A model generated the notes under the pieces. That model was not told where the DNA came from. It made no database searches and was given only the letters and a program-made list of their open reading frames with translations. A stretch of DNA of 64,000 nucleotides from Octopus vulgaris (Eukaryota): assembly GCA_951406725.2 (NCBI GenBank), contig OX597816.1, positions 130,014,001-130,078,000 of the forward strand. The letters are read 5' to 3'. The translations under genes and the position numbers were made by a program. Positions 52,689 to 64,000 of this stretch are shown here, in pieces. The number at the start of each line of letters is the position of its first letter. Positions within the stretch are counted from its first letter, which is position 1.

Positions 52689-53269
52689 GTAATTATCTTT
52701 CTAAAAGTTAGACAATTCATTTTGTGTCAAAGTTGTATGTCATCATCATCATTTATCATCTGCCTTCCCCGGTTTGCATGTTCATAAATATTTCTCTTCC
52801 TTATATGCACACATATATATTATGTATGTATGCATGTGTGTATCTGTACATACATTTATTTATTTATTGTTGGGTCAGGAGAAAGGGACCTATGCCTTTA
52901 GCAGGCTCTCTTAGACCAGTAAGAGTAATGCTATTAATGATCTTCTTGAACTTTTGCAAGTCAACATCTGCTGGAAAGACATGGACAGAGAAGGATTTCT
53001 AGAGTGGCACCATTCTGGGAAAGGACTTGGATTGGGAGTACAGGTAGTAATTAGTGTTGTGTGGAAGGTGGGACACCACAAGGAGGATGAGAAATAAAGC
53101 AATAAGTGAGTTGGGAGTGCCTGAGTTGCAAGAGTTTAACTAGCTCTGAGTAACAAGCCATTATAACAATTGTCAGAAAGAGAAAAGAGACAGTAGGACC
53201 AATGGGCCAGAGACTGGAGTGTGTCTAACTGACTTTTCTACCAATCAGTTGAAGACTACATGTATGTAA

Positions 53270-53307
<38 letters not shown>

Positions 53308-53340
53308 TAAATGAAAGATGGAATATACGAGAATTTATTA

Positions 53341-53445
53341 ATCACGACAATTGTTTCGACACATCTAGTATTGATCCCTCATGGATGGGACACTCAACAA
53401 CTGGTTCAGGAATATCCAGTGGTGCAGATGTATCTCGTCAGTGAT
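53341..53445 (-). ncRNA. Hammerhead-like motif in a Penelope-like pLTR fragment
   Basis: Minus strand: atca CUGACGA GAUACAUCU...AGAUGUGUC GAAA CAAUUG UC g ugau, followed by AATAAA; one extra nt before stem I. Confidence 0.65.
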
Positions 53446-53599
53446 AAATGGACACAACTCGTTAAAGTAACAGTTCCACAATGTGACTTCTTGTTTTGTA
53501 GAAAGAAAAACAGCCAGATGGAGGAAATATCTTTACTTATATAGAAGATGGGGAAAAAAGAGAAATGAACACCCAATCCGAAAAAAGTATTAAAAATAA

Positions 53600-54060
53600 C
53601 CATTAGACTATGACCATGCTGGGGCACCACCTTGGAGAATTTTTTAGTCAAATGAATCCACCTGAGGACTTATTTTTTGTTTTTAAGCCTGGTACTTATT
53701 CTATTGGTCTCATTTTCCCAAACCATATGTTATGGGGATGTAAATACATCAGCAGTGGTGGGGGATAAACACAGACACAAAGACACACATGACAGGCTTC
53801 TTTCAGCTTCCATCTACCAAATCCACTCACAAGGCTTTGGTAAGTCTAAGGCTATAGTAGATGACACTTGCCCAAGGTGCCATGCTGTGGAACTGAAAGC
53901 GGAACCACGTGGTTGGGAAGCAAGCTTCTTATCCCACAGCCTCGTCTATGTGTATATATATGAATGAGAAGCCTCTTTCAGTTCTCTCAATCAAATTGAC
54001 TTGCAAAGCTTTGGTCAGCTCTGGGCTATAGTAGATGACATTTGCCCAAGGTGTCACACA
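53600..54060 (-). mobile_element. SINE family A, degraded, plus a partial second copy
   Basis: cttctttcagcttccatctaccaaatccactcacaaggc...cttgcccaaggtgcc. Confidence 0.75.
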
Positions 54061-54734
54061 GTATGACGGATGTTAAATGATGATGATATACAAAATAGTA
54101 GCATAACAGTGGACAAGAGGTTAGAAGATATGATATAGAAGACTGCTCTATTTCACAATTACATGCAGCTTTTTTTAAGAAAGCAATTACAAATGTTTAA
54201 ATTACTCTCCAAATAAAGTTGTCTATTCTAGTAATTGTCCACACACTTCTACATTTCTGTCGAACGACCTTTTAAGAAAGAAACCTACTTCTCTTCATGG
54301 TAGAAAACTCGTTGAAATTTGTGAACTTTGACAGTTGTCTTTCTTTAGCACCCTAAATGTAAACGAAACAAATTTGAATTTAGTAGTTCCTGATTACTAA
54401 TAAAAGCACTGCAAAGCTTTAATTCCATTTTATGATTCACTTTTTGAAATATTCTTTAAAGGCTATGTCTCTATTCAACATTGCAATACTTGTATATTGT
54501 AGGTGTTGGTGCTTTTACCTATAGGCAATTGTGCCTAAGACTTGTTTCCATTTCACATTAAAACAATTGTTTCCATTGAATACCATTCTGAATCTTTATT
54601 AATATGCTTTGTAAGATTTATAATTTCTAGTTTTAATCATTTGAGGTGTTCTGTTGCAATAAGATAGTCACTGATTTTAAAGGAGGAAAATTATCTGAAA
54701 GATGATGTCTTAATTTGTTTTAAAACCTTCCCAA

Positions 54735-55005
54735 CAGATTGTGAGTGAATTTGGTAGATGGAAACTGTGTGGAAGCCTATTGTTTATATATACAAATACA
54801 GATATATAAATGTGTGTCTGTGTTTCTCCCACATACTGCTTGGCAACCAGTGTTGGTTTGTTTACCTCCCATAACTTAGCAGTTTGGCAAAAGAGACAAT
54901 AGAAAAGTACCCAACAAGTACTAAAAAACACCTTTCAAGACAATACCCCAGTATGGCTAAAAAACTCCTTTCAAGGCAATACCCCATTGACTGAAATAAG
55001 TAAAT
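54735..55005 (+). mobile_element. SINE family A, 5' truncated
   Basis: tgtgagtgaatttggtagatggaaactg...aacttagcagtttggcaaaagagac. Confidence 0.7.
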
Positions 55006-55909
55006 GATGTAAAGCATCTCTCTCCTGTTGTTCAGTAAATTTATGTTCTGACAGTTTCCAAGTTGTGGCCTTTGATCTAAATTTAGTTTCTTTTGACATT
55101 ATAGTTATTGAACTGAGTGAATCAGCAAAATGCTGAAAGATCATTCAGTAATTAGTTGGGTTTTGTGTTTCTGCTTCAAATTTTTCATTAACTCTAATAA
55201 ATTAACCTATTTAACAACGTATAAATGTATGTTTCTCAGAATCTACTGCTTACTGACTATCATACTGAGATTATGTTCTCTGTGGCTAAAACATATTTGG
55301 TTACATTTCCAAACATTTTTCATCATTGTTTATATATCATTAGTTCGTTTCATTTGAAGAAATATTGGTCTTCAGCTAAACCTGTTGCAGTCTGAATTTT
55401 TTAAAATGAGAATTTCTTAATTGAATTGTGTATTAACTTTAAATAATGGAGTATATTATAATAAGCAGATACAAAACTACTTGGTCGGGTATTTCAATAA
55501 ATATTAGGTTAAAAAAAGTAAAAAAAGTGAGAAAAGAAATTTAGTTTGCAAATTACAAAGTTGTTGACTTTGGGTTGTTACTGTAGATAACCAGAGAAAC
55601 TTTTGATAGTAATTTAGGTATCCAACAAAGAATTAGCTGTAGGATAGAGAATTTTATTGGAAGAAAGGAATTAGATATAACTGGAGTTTTTTATAATAAA
55701 ATTGATGGAATGATGGAAATGGTAAGCCTTGTAATCTACAATTTCCAATTTCTATTCTGAGTTCATCCCTCCAAATTCAACAAAGCATGTTCTAATCATT
55801 CACTTGTTCATTTCAATTAACTATAATCCTCCAGCAGGAATGTTTACATGTCCTTATAACCAATGTTAGAAGTCATTTCTTAAATACCTTTGACATTTGT
55901 TTTTTGCAG

Positions 55910-56061
55910 GCACTCGAAATAAGATGATACTACTGGCACTTATGTGCTGTGTAGATTTACCACCACATTTTGCTGCACTTGAGAAGTCATTTTCATGCTA
56001 CCCAGTTATGGTCATTAGAGGATCTAGCATGCTTAAATCTTGGACTTGTGAGTGGTTTGAG
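55910..56061 (+). CDS. CENPL: CENP-L coding exon 6
   Basis: GTRNKMILLALMCCVDLPPHFAALEKSFSCYPVMVIRGSSMLKSWTCEWFE (cf. WFCCV...FTCLPLFLANG...GTWFQ); phase 1 to 0. Confidence 0.88.
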
Positions 56062-57530
56062 GTATACATTCTATCACAGTACTTTCCTATTATTTTATTT
56101 ACGAGCGGAATTGGAGAGTAAAAATGTAAAAATAATTGTTCAAGAGGGATAAAAATTTATAGAACTGTGACTTGCATTAGCAGCAAAGAGATAAATTCTG
56201 AATGTGATGGGCAATGTATTTGAGGCCTATGGAGAAAGTGTTCTGAAATCTAATAAGTCTGTTATTGAACTGGATGTTAGTGTAACATGTATGTAAAATT
56301 TTGTGAATATTGGTTCACTGGTTTAGGCACTTAGATGGTAACAGACAGAAATTGCCATTTATATATTAGATATATGTGTGTATATGATGGGCTTCTTTCA
56401 GTTTCCATCTACCAAATCCACTCACAAGGCTTTGGCCAGCCTGAGGTTATAGCAGAAGGCACTTGCTCAAGGTGCCATGAAGTGGGACTGAACCCGGAAC
56501 CATGTGGTTGGGAAGCAAGCTTTTTACTCCATAGTCATGTTTGCACCTGTTGAAAATTAACAAATCTATTCATTAGTCAGTTTATCTGTGATTTATAATA
56601 TACTGGAAATTAGTGAAAAATAACTCTAATGTTAGATTTTCTTACGCAAACACATTATAAGATACTTTCCTATTATAGACAGCCAATTTTTTATTTACTA
56701 AAAGATTAGTAAATAGACTATTACACTTATGAGATGAATGTAATAGTTGATTGGTAGACTTTCAGAATAGCTGGCACTACCTCATAGAGAAAGAAACAAG
56801 CAAAGAATTGTTCTGTAAAAAAACATTTTGCCCAAAACAATTTTTTACGCATGATCCAAGATATTTCAATTATGACCATCATGTCTTGTTGCATATCATG
56901 CCTCATTAGGTATATGAGATTACAACATCCCATTGTGCTTCCTTTTTTTCAGTAAGGAAGATTTGGTTGCTATTTCTAGCTGATCAAGTGATCACAAAAT
57001 TTTAATCGTCAGTAATACACTGAGGTTGATTTAATTGACTGTGTTTCTTTCTGACTTCATACTAAAGTTAAAAATCAATATTTTGATTCTCTTTGTTTTT
57101 CACCATGGCTATTCATTTCTAGAGTTTTATATAGTTGGAAGCTAAAGGCATCATCTAACTATACACCATCAACTACAGTCATCTAATAACTTAAATTAAT
57201 GGCCAGCTCTTTGATTATTGGAGTTGGTTCTGTACTGATAGTACTTTACTGAAGGATACAATGGAGTACTTGATCTGAGAATCACATTGCTTCAGTTCAC
57301 ACATCTGAAAGTGAGTCCCAACAACAGCTAGTAAGAGGTTAACCCTACAATTGACTGACATATCATTTATGGAGTCATGTAGCAGAATTGCTTAAATGCT
57401 GTTGATTCAAGACAGACTTCAACTATTCTGGAACTATATGTGTGTGAGTGTGTATACAACTATGTGTGTAATGATCTTGGACCTGCAAACTTTTTTTCTA
57501 ATAAACCATTTCCTTTGTTTTCTCTTTCAG

Positions 57531-57621
57531 AAAGAATTTCATGCTAAAATCAGTCCATTACATTTTTCATCAATTGATCTTTCTTGGATGTTATCATTAT
57601 GGACTGGCAAGATCAACTTTG
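57531..57621 (+). CDS. CENPL: CENP-L coding exon 7
   Basis: KEFHAKISPLHFSSIDLSWMLSLWTGKINF (cf. KTFDCYFSPLAINAFNLSWMAAMWT); phase 0 to 1. Confidence 0.9.
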
Positions 57622-57817
57622 GTTAGTTTCAAATATTGTATCACACAATTTCCTTTTATTTATTTCTGTTTAGTTTATGGTATCTGAAAGTGGGTAAATA
57701 AACAGTGTTAAAGGAACACAGCCTGTAAATACTTTGTTCTTTATAACAAAACCTGGTGTCTCAAAATCTTTACATGCAAGCATAGCCATAATGTTAAATT
57801 CATTTTGCTGTTATATA

Positions 57818-58015
57818 AGAGGGGATGCTGAAAAGTTCCTGGCTTTTAGGGTATCGCGAAAGGCCTAGTTGGAGGCTCAGCCATGCTTACAAGACTTAGA
57901 AAAACTGAAGGACCGCTTCAATGAGGAGAGGGGAATATGTTGACTAAAATCATAATTAACTGATCCTCCTGTATTTTCTTTTACCCAAAGCCAGGACCTT
58001 TTCAGCACCCCCTCA
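57818..58015. mobile_element. mariner-type MITE (198 bp)
   Basis: ~30-bp TIR gaggggatgctgaaaagttcctggcttt / aaagccaggaccttttcagcaccccctc; TA on both sides. Confidence 0.85.
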
Positions 58016-58184
58016 TACATCCAGTTTTACTCCAACCATGCTGCACTTTCATTGAATGTATTCTATCATAACCTTGGGTCAATCCAAGTCTTGTTAGTAA
58101 AATTGGATAGGCAGAAAGGAGACAAAAAACTGCTGGACATATTGTACCTGTTATTGGATAATATATGTGTGTGTGTGTGTAGAC

Positions 58185-58833
58185 ATAAGTAGCATATGTG
58201 GTGTGTAAGAGAGACAACTGCGTTGGTATGGTCATGTGTTACATATGGATGAGGACAGCTGTGTGACACACCCTAGCAGTAGAGGGAACCTGTGGAATAG
58301 GAAGACCTGGGATGAGGTGGTGAAGCATGACTTTCGAATGTTGGGCCTCATGGAAGCGATGACGAGCGACCAAGACCTTTGGAGATATGTTGTGCTTGAG
58401 AACACTTGGCAAGCAAAGTGAGACCATAACCATGGCCTATGCCAGTGCACCATAACCGGCCCATTTGAGATTACTCTTAAGTCATTGGGTAATAAACTGT
58501 GCTTGCAAAGACACATTGAGTCAAGTGAAGTCGTTGTTGTGAGTGATGCCAGTACCGCCTGACTAGCATGTAAAAAGCCCCATTCGAGTGTGGCCGTTGC
58601 CAGTGCCACCTAACTGGCACTTATGCCAGTGGCACGTAACAAGCACCCACTACACGGAATGGTTGGCACCCACTACTCGGAATGGTTGGCATTAGGAAGG
58701 ACATCCAGCTATAGAAACCTTGCCAGATCAGATTCGAGCCTGGTGCAACTTTCTGGCTTGCCAGTTCTCAGTCAAACTGTCCAACCCATGCCAGCATGGA
58801 AAGCGAATGTTAAACAGCAATGATGATGATGAT
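58185..58833 (+). mobile_element. 5'-truncated RTE LINE
   Basis: RQLRWYGHVLHMDED...KTWDEVVKHDFRMLGL, UTR units and (GAT)n tail. Confidence 0.88.
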
Positions 58834-58836
58834 ATA

Positions 58837-60118
58837 TGGGGTGCAATGGGTAAATTTTTGCCATTTTATATTTTTAACTTTGCTCGTGTGCTTTATTGTT
58901 TTTGATTTTGTTAACTACATAGTATAGTAGTGTCAGTTGGGCACTGTCTGTAAGAAAAGCAGCATCATGACACAATATACTCTGCCAGAAATTTGGAAAC
59001 AACATGCTGTACTGCTTGGCATTCGTGCTGGCAGCTTCAATGGGAACATTTCAGAGTGTTTGGGTGTCAATCTGAGGATGGTGCAGAGGATTTGAAAAGG
59101 GTTGAATGAATCTAATGGTGATTACAAAGGTACAGCAGCTCAGAAAACTCACTCTGATTGTTTTGATGAGAAGAGAACTCCTGAATTTGTTGGTGAGATC
59201 CAGGCCATGATTGACAATGATCCCTCCAAGTCAATCAGGTCCACCACCAAGGACATAAGAGTGTCTGAGTTTCTTATCAAGCAGGTAGTGCATGAAGATA
59301 TTCAGTATTCCTCATACAAGATGAGAAAGGGCCAATTTTTATCCCAAGCCATCAAGGTCAAGAGGAAAGACCACACTATGAAGCTTTTGAACAAACTCAA
59401 GCATCCCCTTCAACTGAACGTGCTTTGGTTTTCCTCAGACGAGAAAAATTTCTTCCAGAATAAGATGGTGAATACAGAACAAGCATTGGCTTGCCATGTC
59501 CCCAAAACACATTCTGAGAGCGATAAAAATCAAACATCCAGTCAACATTATGGTGTTTGAAGTGATGACTAGTGATGGTGAAGTTATGTCTCCATTTATC
59601 TTCCCACATGTCCTCAGACTCAACATTGAAGTCTACGTCAAGTGCCTAGTGGGGGTAGTGCTGCTCTGAAGATGAACTGAAGGCAAGGATTATAATAATG
59701 AAATCATTGTGTATAGTGCTCAGATGCACTACAACTCATCAAAGTTACATGTACAGTACATAGAATTATGTACAAAAGTCAGAAAAGTGAACAGTATATG
59801 AGTCATGTTATACATATGTGCATGCGTATGGAGTGGGAGATATCAGGTGTAGTGTTGGCAAATTTCAAGAAGCATGGAGGTTTTTGAAGATATGGCAGCA
59901 TTCACCAAGTTAAACAAGGAGACCATCCAGAAGAGTTGCAGGAGATTCCAAAGTCGTCTGGAGGGCATGGTTGAAGCTAATGATTTTATTGAATAAATTT
60001 ACTCTTTAATATTTCAAGATATTTTTATGTAATTTTGATAAATGTATCTGTTAAAATGAGATGTCAGTGTTATTTTCATTTTTGTGTAATTTAGACAATT
60101 TATTCATCGCACCCCCTG
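58837..60118 (+). mobile_element. DD37D (maT-like) element copy 2, with nested CR1-like tail (about 59690-59890, minus)
   Basis: Same TIRs as 45840; ORF 59102-59560 with HTH-like region and WFSSDEKNF. Confidence 0.88.
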
Positions 60119-61242
60119 TATATAATAATCCATTTCCTGGTTTAGCAGAACCATCTGGTCCTTGGAATCTACTCTGTTGTAAGCACTCTGACCAAGTGTC
60201 TGGTCTTGGGATAACTGGAATTGTCTATCTTTATGTACTACTGCTTCTTGCTGCAGAAATTCCTAAACTCTATTTCTTCCAACGCACCCCTCATCAATCT
60301 TGCCGGCCCTTACAAAGGCCAGGGTGTTACCCTTCTTCCTGTGACAGAGTATAAAATAAAATTATTGGTCTCTTAATATTCATCAATCTTCTTGACTTGG
60401 TTGATTGTCTTTTATTGTTTCACAATTTATTAAATAAATATGAATGTCCACTTTCAGGTAGATGGCAGAGATAGATTTTCAATTTTCATTATCTGTCGAC
60501 AATGTCATATCTAAGAGGTTTTTTTTTTATCCACTACCATCACTTAAGTGGTTTTCTTTTGCACATTTTCTGCAAGGATCTCATTTGGTTCCTAAATGTT
60601 TGTTTCCATATTCAAAGGTGTAGTTAAAACATAATGTTAAAGAGTATTTGGTAGCAGTAAAATTATCATGCATAAAAACATTTGAAACATTTGCAAAGCA
60701 TCTAAACCATGCTTGCATAGTGATTTATTGATTTCTTACTTTTACATAGGTTTACAACTATGTAAATTATGTATAGTCAATTAAGTCATCTCCAGCATAT
60801 TACTGGTACATCTTTTAATGAAAATAATCAAAATCTGGTGAGATTTGAACTCAGAATGTAGAGGGAAAGAACTATGCAATGAAAGATGTTTAGTACTTAA
60901 TTGATTCTACCACTCTTCTAACTAAAATATTCTAGAAAAAATATTCTTATTTAGGCCATAAAGTCAGCAGTTTTGAGGAGAAGAGTCATTGATTTCATCA
61001 ACCTCAATACTTGATTGATCCTGGAGGAATGAAAATTGAAGTTGACTTTGGTAAGATTTGAACCTAGAATGTAAAGAGTCAGAAGAAATACCACAAGGCC
61101 CGATGCCCTAACAATTCACTAAATGATCATTGATTGAAAATATTTTCAAGTAAAACCTGAAACTTAATTCAAAACATTGTAAGATTCTAATGTGACATTA
61201 CGTATATTATGTGTATTGTGTATTTTATTTTCTTCTTTCAAG

Positions 61243-61351
61243 ATTTGAGTTCACCTACCTATCTTGTGTTTCAAGTACCTGATGAGATTAAGGGAATGAA
61301 TGAAGTTAAAATATCAATTGATACAAAAGATTTACAGTATGTTTGGGACAA
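61243..61351 (+). CDS. CENPL: CENP-L coding exon 8
   Basis: DLSSPTYLVFQVPDEIKGMNEVKISIDTKDLQYVWD (cf. WSVP...ISFAIHPEDAKALWDS); GTAAGT donor, phase 1 to 2. Confidence 0.88.
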
Positions 61352-61371
61352 GTAAGTAAAAAAGAATTGGT

Positions 61372-61755
61372 GTTATTTTATATACTCGCAGATAGGTCGC
61401 ACCCTTAGTTTTGGGTTATCAAAATAGGTATTTGCAGTTAACTCACAAATAGGTCACACTATAATCTGGGGAGTTACGTGGCTTTTTTTAATGTAAATAT
61501 AACTAATATTTGTTAAATATTATCAAATATTTACCTTTATTTCAAAACTTTGCTCACAAATATTAAAACATGTTTACAGAGGTGACTTTATGAAAGTCTA
61601 ATCAACTTAAAAAAAAAAAAAAATCTAAGTACCAACTTGACAAGAAAATGTCTACTTCAGATCCCTGTGATGTCAAGTGGATGGGTCACACCCCTGATTT
61701 TTATCAAAATATTTGGTTAAAAAAGTGCAACCCATTCAAAAGTATATGCAGTATA
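61372..61755. mobile_element. Degraded pogo-like MITE
   Basis: tatactcgcagataggtcgcac versus gtgcaacccattcaaaagtata imperfect inverted ends. Confidence 0.45.
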
Positions 61756-62924
61756 TAGAAGTAATTCAGCCTTTTAAAAACATCAAAATGAACCAAAAGG
61801 AAAATGTGTTAGAGAGATAAACATGTTAATATAACAGTGAACATCTGATCCTCTCTGTGGACCCTTAAATTGCTATATATTGCAGCCAAATCTCTTAATT
61901 CAGCCCCTATTGTCTTGTTCTACAATTTTTTTTTATGGCTTGGTCTGAAATAAATTGCGCTGTCCATGACTTTCTCAGGCCTTTTGTTAGCTGAGTGGGT
62001 ATGATTTATGTTAAACAATTATTCATTAATCGGCATCTACAGGGAACGGTCGTGATGGAAGGGAATTCCAGAGGGGGACATAGGTGGAGTGTAACAACAA
62101 TACTGGTAATGATAGTAATTATAATGATTAATTTTCATAAAGAAGAGTATAGCTGATTATTTGATTAAATCACAGTTTCTTTTTATCTTGGTGGAGGGCT
62201 TGCATTGTTCAGTGTTTATGGTCACAATGTCAAGAGGAACCAGGCTGACCACAAACAGCCCCATTTCAACATCATATGCTGCAGCAATGAATTCTCAATC
62301 TTCTCATGCTACAACAAACAATACATGTATACAAGCTTCAAGTGATTACTTCTTGAGAGAGAGTGCTGCTTGCTTTCCTCTTATCCACATTTTGTGAAAT
62401 ACCAGAACTTGTAATTTGAAACCAGCTGTTGTTGCTTTGAGACTGACTTTTGTCATCCATAAGTAAACATAGCATCATCAGTTAAATGCAATAACTTCAG
62501 TTTAAAATGGATCATTGACAATTTTTTTTTTTTTGCACCTAAATATCTTCAATTTTATTTACTCTGAGGTTATTTTAATTTATATTTAAAAAATGGTGTA
62601 GTATCATCTTTCCACATTATATATTCAGACTTAAACAGCTATCTCTTGCATGCTGATATCTTTGATGTTGAGTCACTTTCTCAACTCATTAATTTTTCTT
62701 GTGAGTGAATATTGCACGCATATGTCATAATCAGCTCATTCCCTTCAATTAAAGTAAGTTTAATACTACACATAACACTTCTTATTTTGGCCTCTTATTA
62801 TTTGTTTTGTCGACAAGTAGCAATAGTTTTGTTATCAACAAAGATAGCAGTTTTCTAAATTTCTCTATTTCCTTTCATAACTAGAATGCCATCAGATTGT
62901 CTATGCTATCAATCTAGTATTGTT

Positions 62925-63320
62925 TGGTTCTCTCTTTTACTTGTTTCAGTCATTTGACTGCGGCCATGCTGGAGCACCGCCTTTAGTCGAGCAAATCGAC
63001 CCCGGGACTTATTCTTTGTAAGGCCAGTACTTATTCTATCGGTCTCTTTTGCCGAACCACTAAGTGACGGGGACGTAAACACACCAGCATCGGTTGTCAA
63101 GCAATGCTAGGGGGACAAACACAAACACACATACATATATATATATGTGCATATATACGACAGGCTTCTTTCAGTTTCCGTCTACCAAATCCACTCACAA
63201 GGCATTGGTCGGCCTGGGGCTATAGCTGAAGACACTTGCCCAAGATGCCACGCAGTGGGACTGAACCCAGAACCATGTGGTTGGTTAGCAAGCTACTTAC
63301 CACACAGCCACTCCTGTGCC
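62925..63320 (-). mobile_element. tRNA-derived SINE, family A (young)
   Basis: Near-identical reverse complement of 36990-37410. Confidence 0.9.
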
Positions 63321-63812
63321 TATGTGGTTTTTTTTGAAAATCCCTCATGGAGTGACAACCATGCAATGCATAGTTACAGATTGCACTTTGGCAAGGTATA
63401 GCTCCCATTTAGCCACCATACCAGGGATACAGCAAAGTCATGGGACTGCAGCATGGTGGATTGTGAAGAGGTAGTGGAAGAGCTGAACTGAGCCAATGGT
63501 GCTTCTTACATTGATGCTGCACAGAGGAATCCTTAGAAGATCAATGGTCAGGATCACCAAATGCTATCAAGAGAGTAACTGCAATGCATTCATAGGGGTG
63601 GCATCCATGGTTGTGTAATCAGCCAATGTAAGATTCACTATGACTCAAGTTCCCGATTCAAATTCATAATAATGGAAGCAACCAAAGAAGATTCAATCTA
63701 GTCGTAAATATCAACTAAAAATATTAAAATAAAATGTTTACTTTTTAAACACTCAATCCCTTTTTTTTTTCTTTTTTTTTTTTAATATTACATTAATTTC
63801 AATTCCTTGCAG

Positions 63813-63918
63813 AATTCACCCAGACCCAAATGATAGTGAATTTACAATTGATCAAGTAAATGAATTCATATCACAAATTGAATTATTTTACTATGAGGTT
63901 TTGAAATTAAAAATCACT
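63813..63918 (+). CDS. CENPL: CENP-L coding exon 9
   Basis: KIHPDPNDSEFTIDQVNEFISQIELFYYEVLKLKIT (cf. VHKTPGEVTQEEVDLFMDCLYSHF); GTAAGT donor, phase 2 to 0. Confidence 0.88.
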
Positions 63919-63979
63919 GTAAGTATGCAGTTTTACAATATTTTGACCTCCTTGAATACTTTTTTTTTTTTTCCTGTAG

Positions 63980-64000
63980 TTTCAGCTCAGAGCTGCAACC
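63980..64000 (+). CDS. CENPL: CENP-L coding exon 10 (partial, runs off window)
   Basis: Poly-T then cctgtag acceptor after a 61-nt intron; FQLRAAT; an alternative in-frame AG lies 6 nt downstream. Confidence 0.55.

Overview
AT-rich, microsatellite- and repeat-dense animal DNA; the repeat families and gene structure suggest an octopod cephalopod (inference, not verified). Three intron-containing genes were reconstructed by hand with GT-AG junctions and consistent phases: the last two coding exons of the PP2C phosphatase ILKAP (+, 1-1427); a complete 6-exon CTDP1/FCP1 RNA Pol II CTD phosphatase (-, 33334-10637, 917 aa); and a divergently transcribed CENP-L kinetochore gene (+, ATG 46710, at least 10 coding exons, running off the window). 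The rest is mobile DNA: RTE LINEs and their 3' tails, CR1-like tails, two tRNA-derived SINE families, mariner/Tc1-type remnants, hAT and piggyBac-like MITEs, two non-autonomous Helitrons, a Gypsy pol remnant and a probable solo LTR. The least expected signals are structured RNAs. There are four different Penelope-type hammerhead motifs in CENP-L introns (one near-intact and sense), a composite element with a tRNA head, hammerhead and 52-bp inverted repeats, and tandem arrays of a compact H-type pseudoknot plus hairpin in RTE 3' UTRs. All family assignments come from motif recognition without database searches.
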